Part shown: in pieces, positions 62,838 through 64,000 of the stretch
Layout: each line of letters begins with the position of its first letter
Position numbering within the stretch: position 1 is the stretch's first letter
Source of the DNA: Malacoraja senta
Taxonomy: Eukaryota
Length of the DNA: 64,000 bases
Direction: 5' to 3'
Assembly (NCBI GenBank): GCA_038087875.1
Contig: JAXLNO010005297.1
Span: 248,001-312,000, forward strand
The notes under the pieces: model-generated
What the model was told of the DNA's origin: nothing
The model's input: the letters and a program-made list of their open reading frames with translations, nothing else
The model's database searches: none
Translations under genes and position numbers: made by a program

Positions 62838-64000
62838 ATCCTAGAAAAATAAACATTCCCGGGATGGGGGAGTCCCTCTTCATTTAGACTCCAACCGAGG
62901 AATGCATTTTGCAGGGGACGAAAGCTTGTATCTTGTTAGGATGAAACGGCAATTTCACATTCACCACCACCCACAGCGTTCTGGATAAGCGGAGGGAATT
63001 AACAGGACATTTATGAATAGTATAATTAAAGTCTTGATCCACATGAGATAGGGATAGGTTCAGGTATTCATGGCCATTGTCATAGACTCATAGTGTGATA
63101 GTCATATCGCCATAGACCGTGGAATCAGGCCCTTCGGCACAACATGTTCAAACCGACAAACATGTCCCATCCACACCAGTGGCCACCTGCCTACGATTGC
63201 CCCAGTACCTACCCTATCTGTACTTGTCAAAATGTCTCATAAACTTTATGATAGTACCTGCCTCAATGAATTCCTACGGCAGCACATTTAATATATCCAT
63301 AACCCTTTGAATATAAAGTTACCTCTCAGGATTCCATTGAATTTCTCCCCCTTACTTTAAACTTATGTTTTCTGGTTTCGATTCCACTACGCTGTACAAA
63401 ATGGCCTGCGCGTTTACCCGATCAATGCCTCTCATAATCTTGTTCACTTCTATGAGATCATCTCATCCTCCTGCGCTCCAAGGAGTAAAGTCCTCGACTG
63501 CTCAACCTCTTCTTGTAGCTCAGGCCCTTGAGTCCAAGCAACATACTCCTAAATATCCTCTTCACCCTTTCCAGCTGGAGAATAACACTCCTATAACAGG
63601 GTGACGAAAACTAAACATAATTCACTAAATGGGACCTCACAAATGTCTTATACAACTGTAACATGACCGCCGAATCTCTATACTAAATACCCTGACTGAT
63701 TACCGCCAATATGCCGAAAGCCTTCTTGACCACACTATCTACCTGTTATGCCAGTTTCAAGGAAATGTGCGCAGATTCCCCTATATTCCTCTACCTTTGA
63801 AAACTCCACAGAGCCCTGCCATTCATTGTGGAGGTCCTGCTCTTAATAGACTGCCCAACATACAACACCTCGCACTTCTATGTATTAACTTCATAGTTAA
63901 TACATAGAAGGGGAAAAGGTTTAATAGGAATCCGAGGAGTAACTTTTTCACACAAAATGTGGTGGGTGTATGGAACAAGCTCAGAAATGGAACAGGCTCA
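62838..64000. repeat. Paralog of 49907-51600 with ~580-bp deletion; includes CR1 fragments
   Basis: Matches 49907-50922, then jumps to 51505 via a hairpin junction. Confidence 0.9.

Overview
Vertebrate genomic DNA, most likely a cartilaginous fish (skate/ray). This is inferred from the repeat landscape (HE1/V-SINE-type SINEs, CR1, Rex1, Penelope) and the gene family present. The assembly has 4 N-gaps. The only host genes I can support are a minus-strand tandem cluster of four two-exon class A GPCRs of the GPR139/GPR142-like type. Genes A (5282-3204) and C (30904-28827) are intact 361-aa near-identical paralogs inside a ~7-kb segmental duplication. Genes B (17294-13794) and D (46255-45355) belong to a second subfamily and are both pseudogenes: B has an exonic CR1 insertion plus a nonsense codon, and D has a nonsense codon, a frameshift and no detectable exon 1. 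The rest is mostly mobile DNA: an env-less class I endogenous retrovirus pol + 3' LTR, a full-length L1 with a 24-bp TSD, a decayed DIRS element with a near-perfect 79-bp inverted repeat, Rex1 and many CR1 fragments, SINEs, Penelope remnants carrying minimal hammerhead-ribozyme motifs, a foldback-like TIR element enclosing Gypsy gag/protease/RNase H pieces, and an unclassified GC-rich retroposon with a covarying 3' hairpin. All alignments were done by eye, so repeat boundaries are approximate unless exact motifs are quoted.
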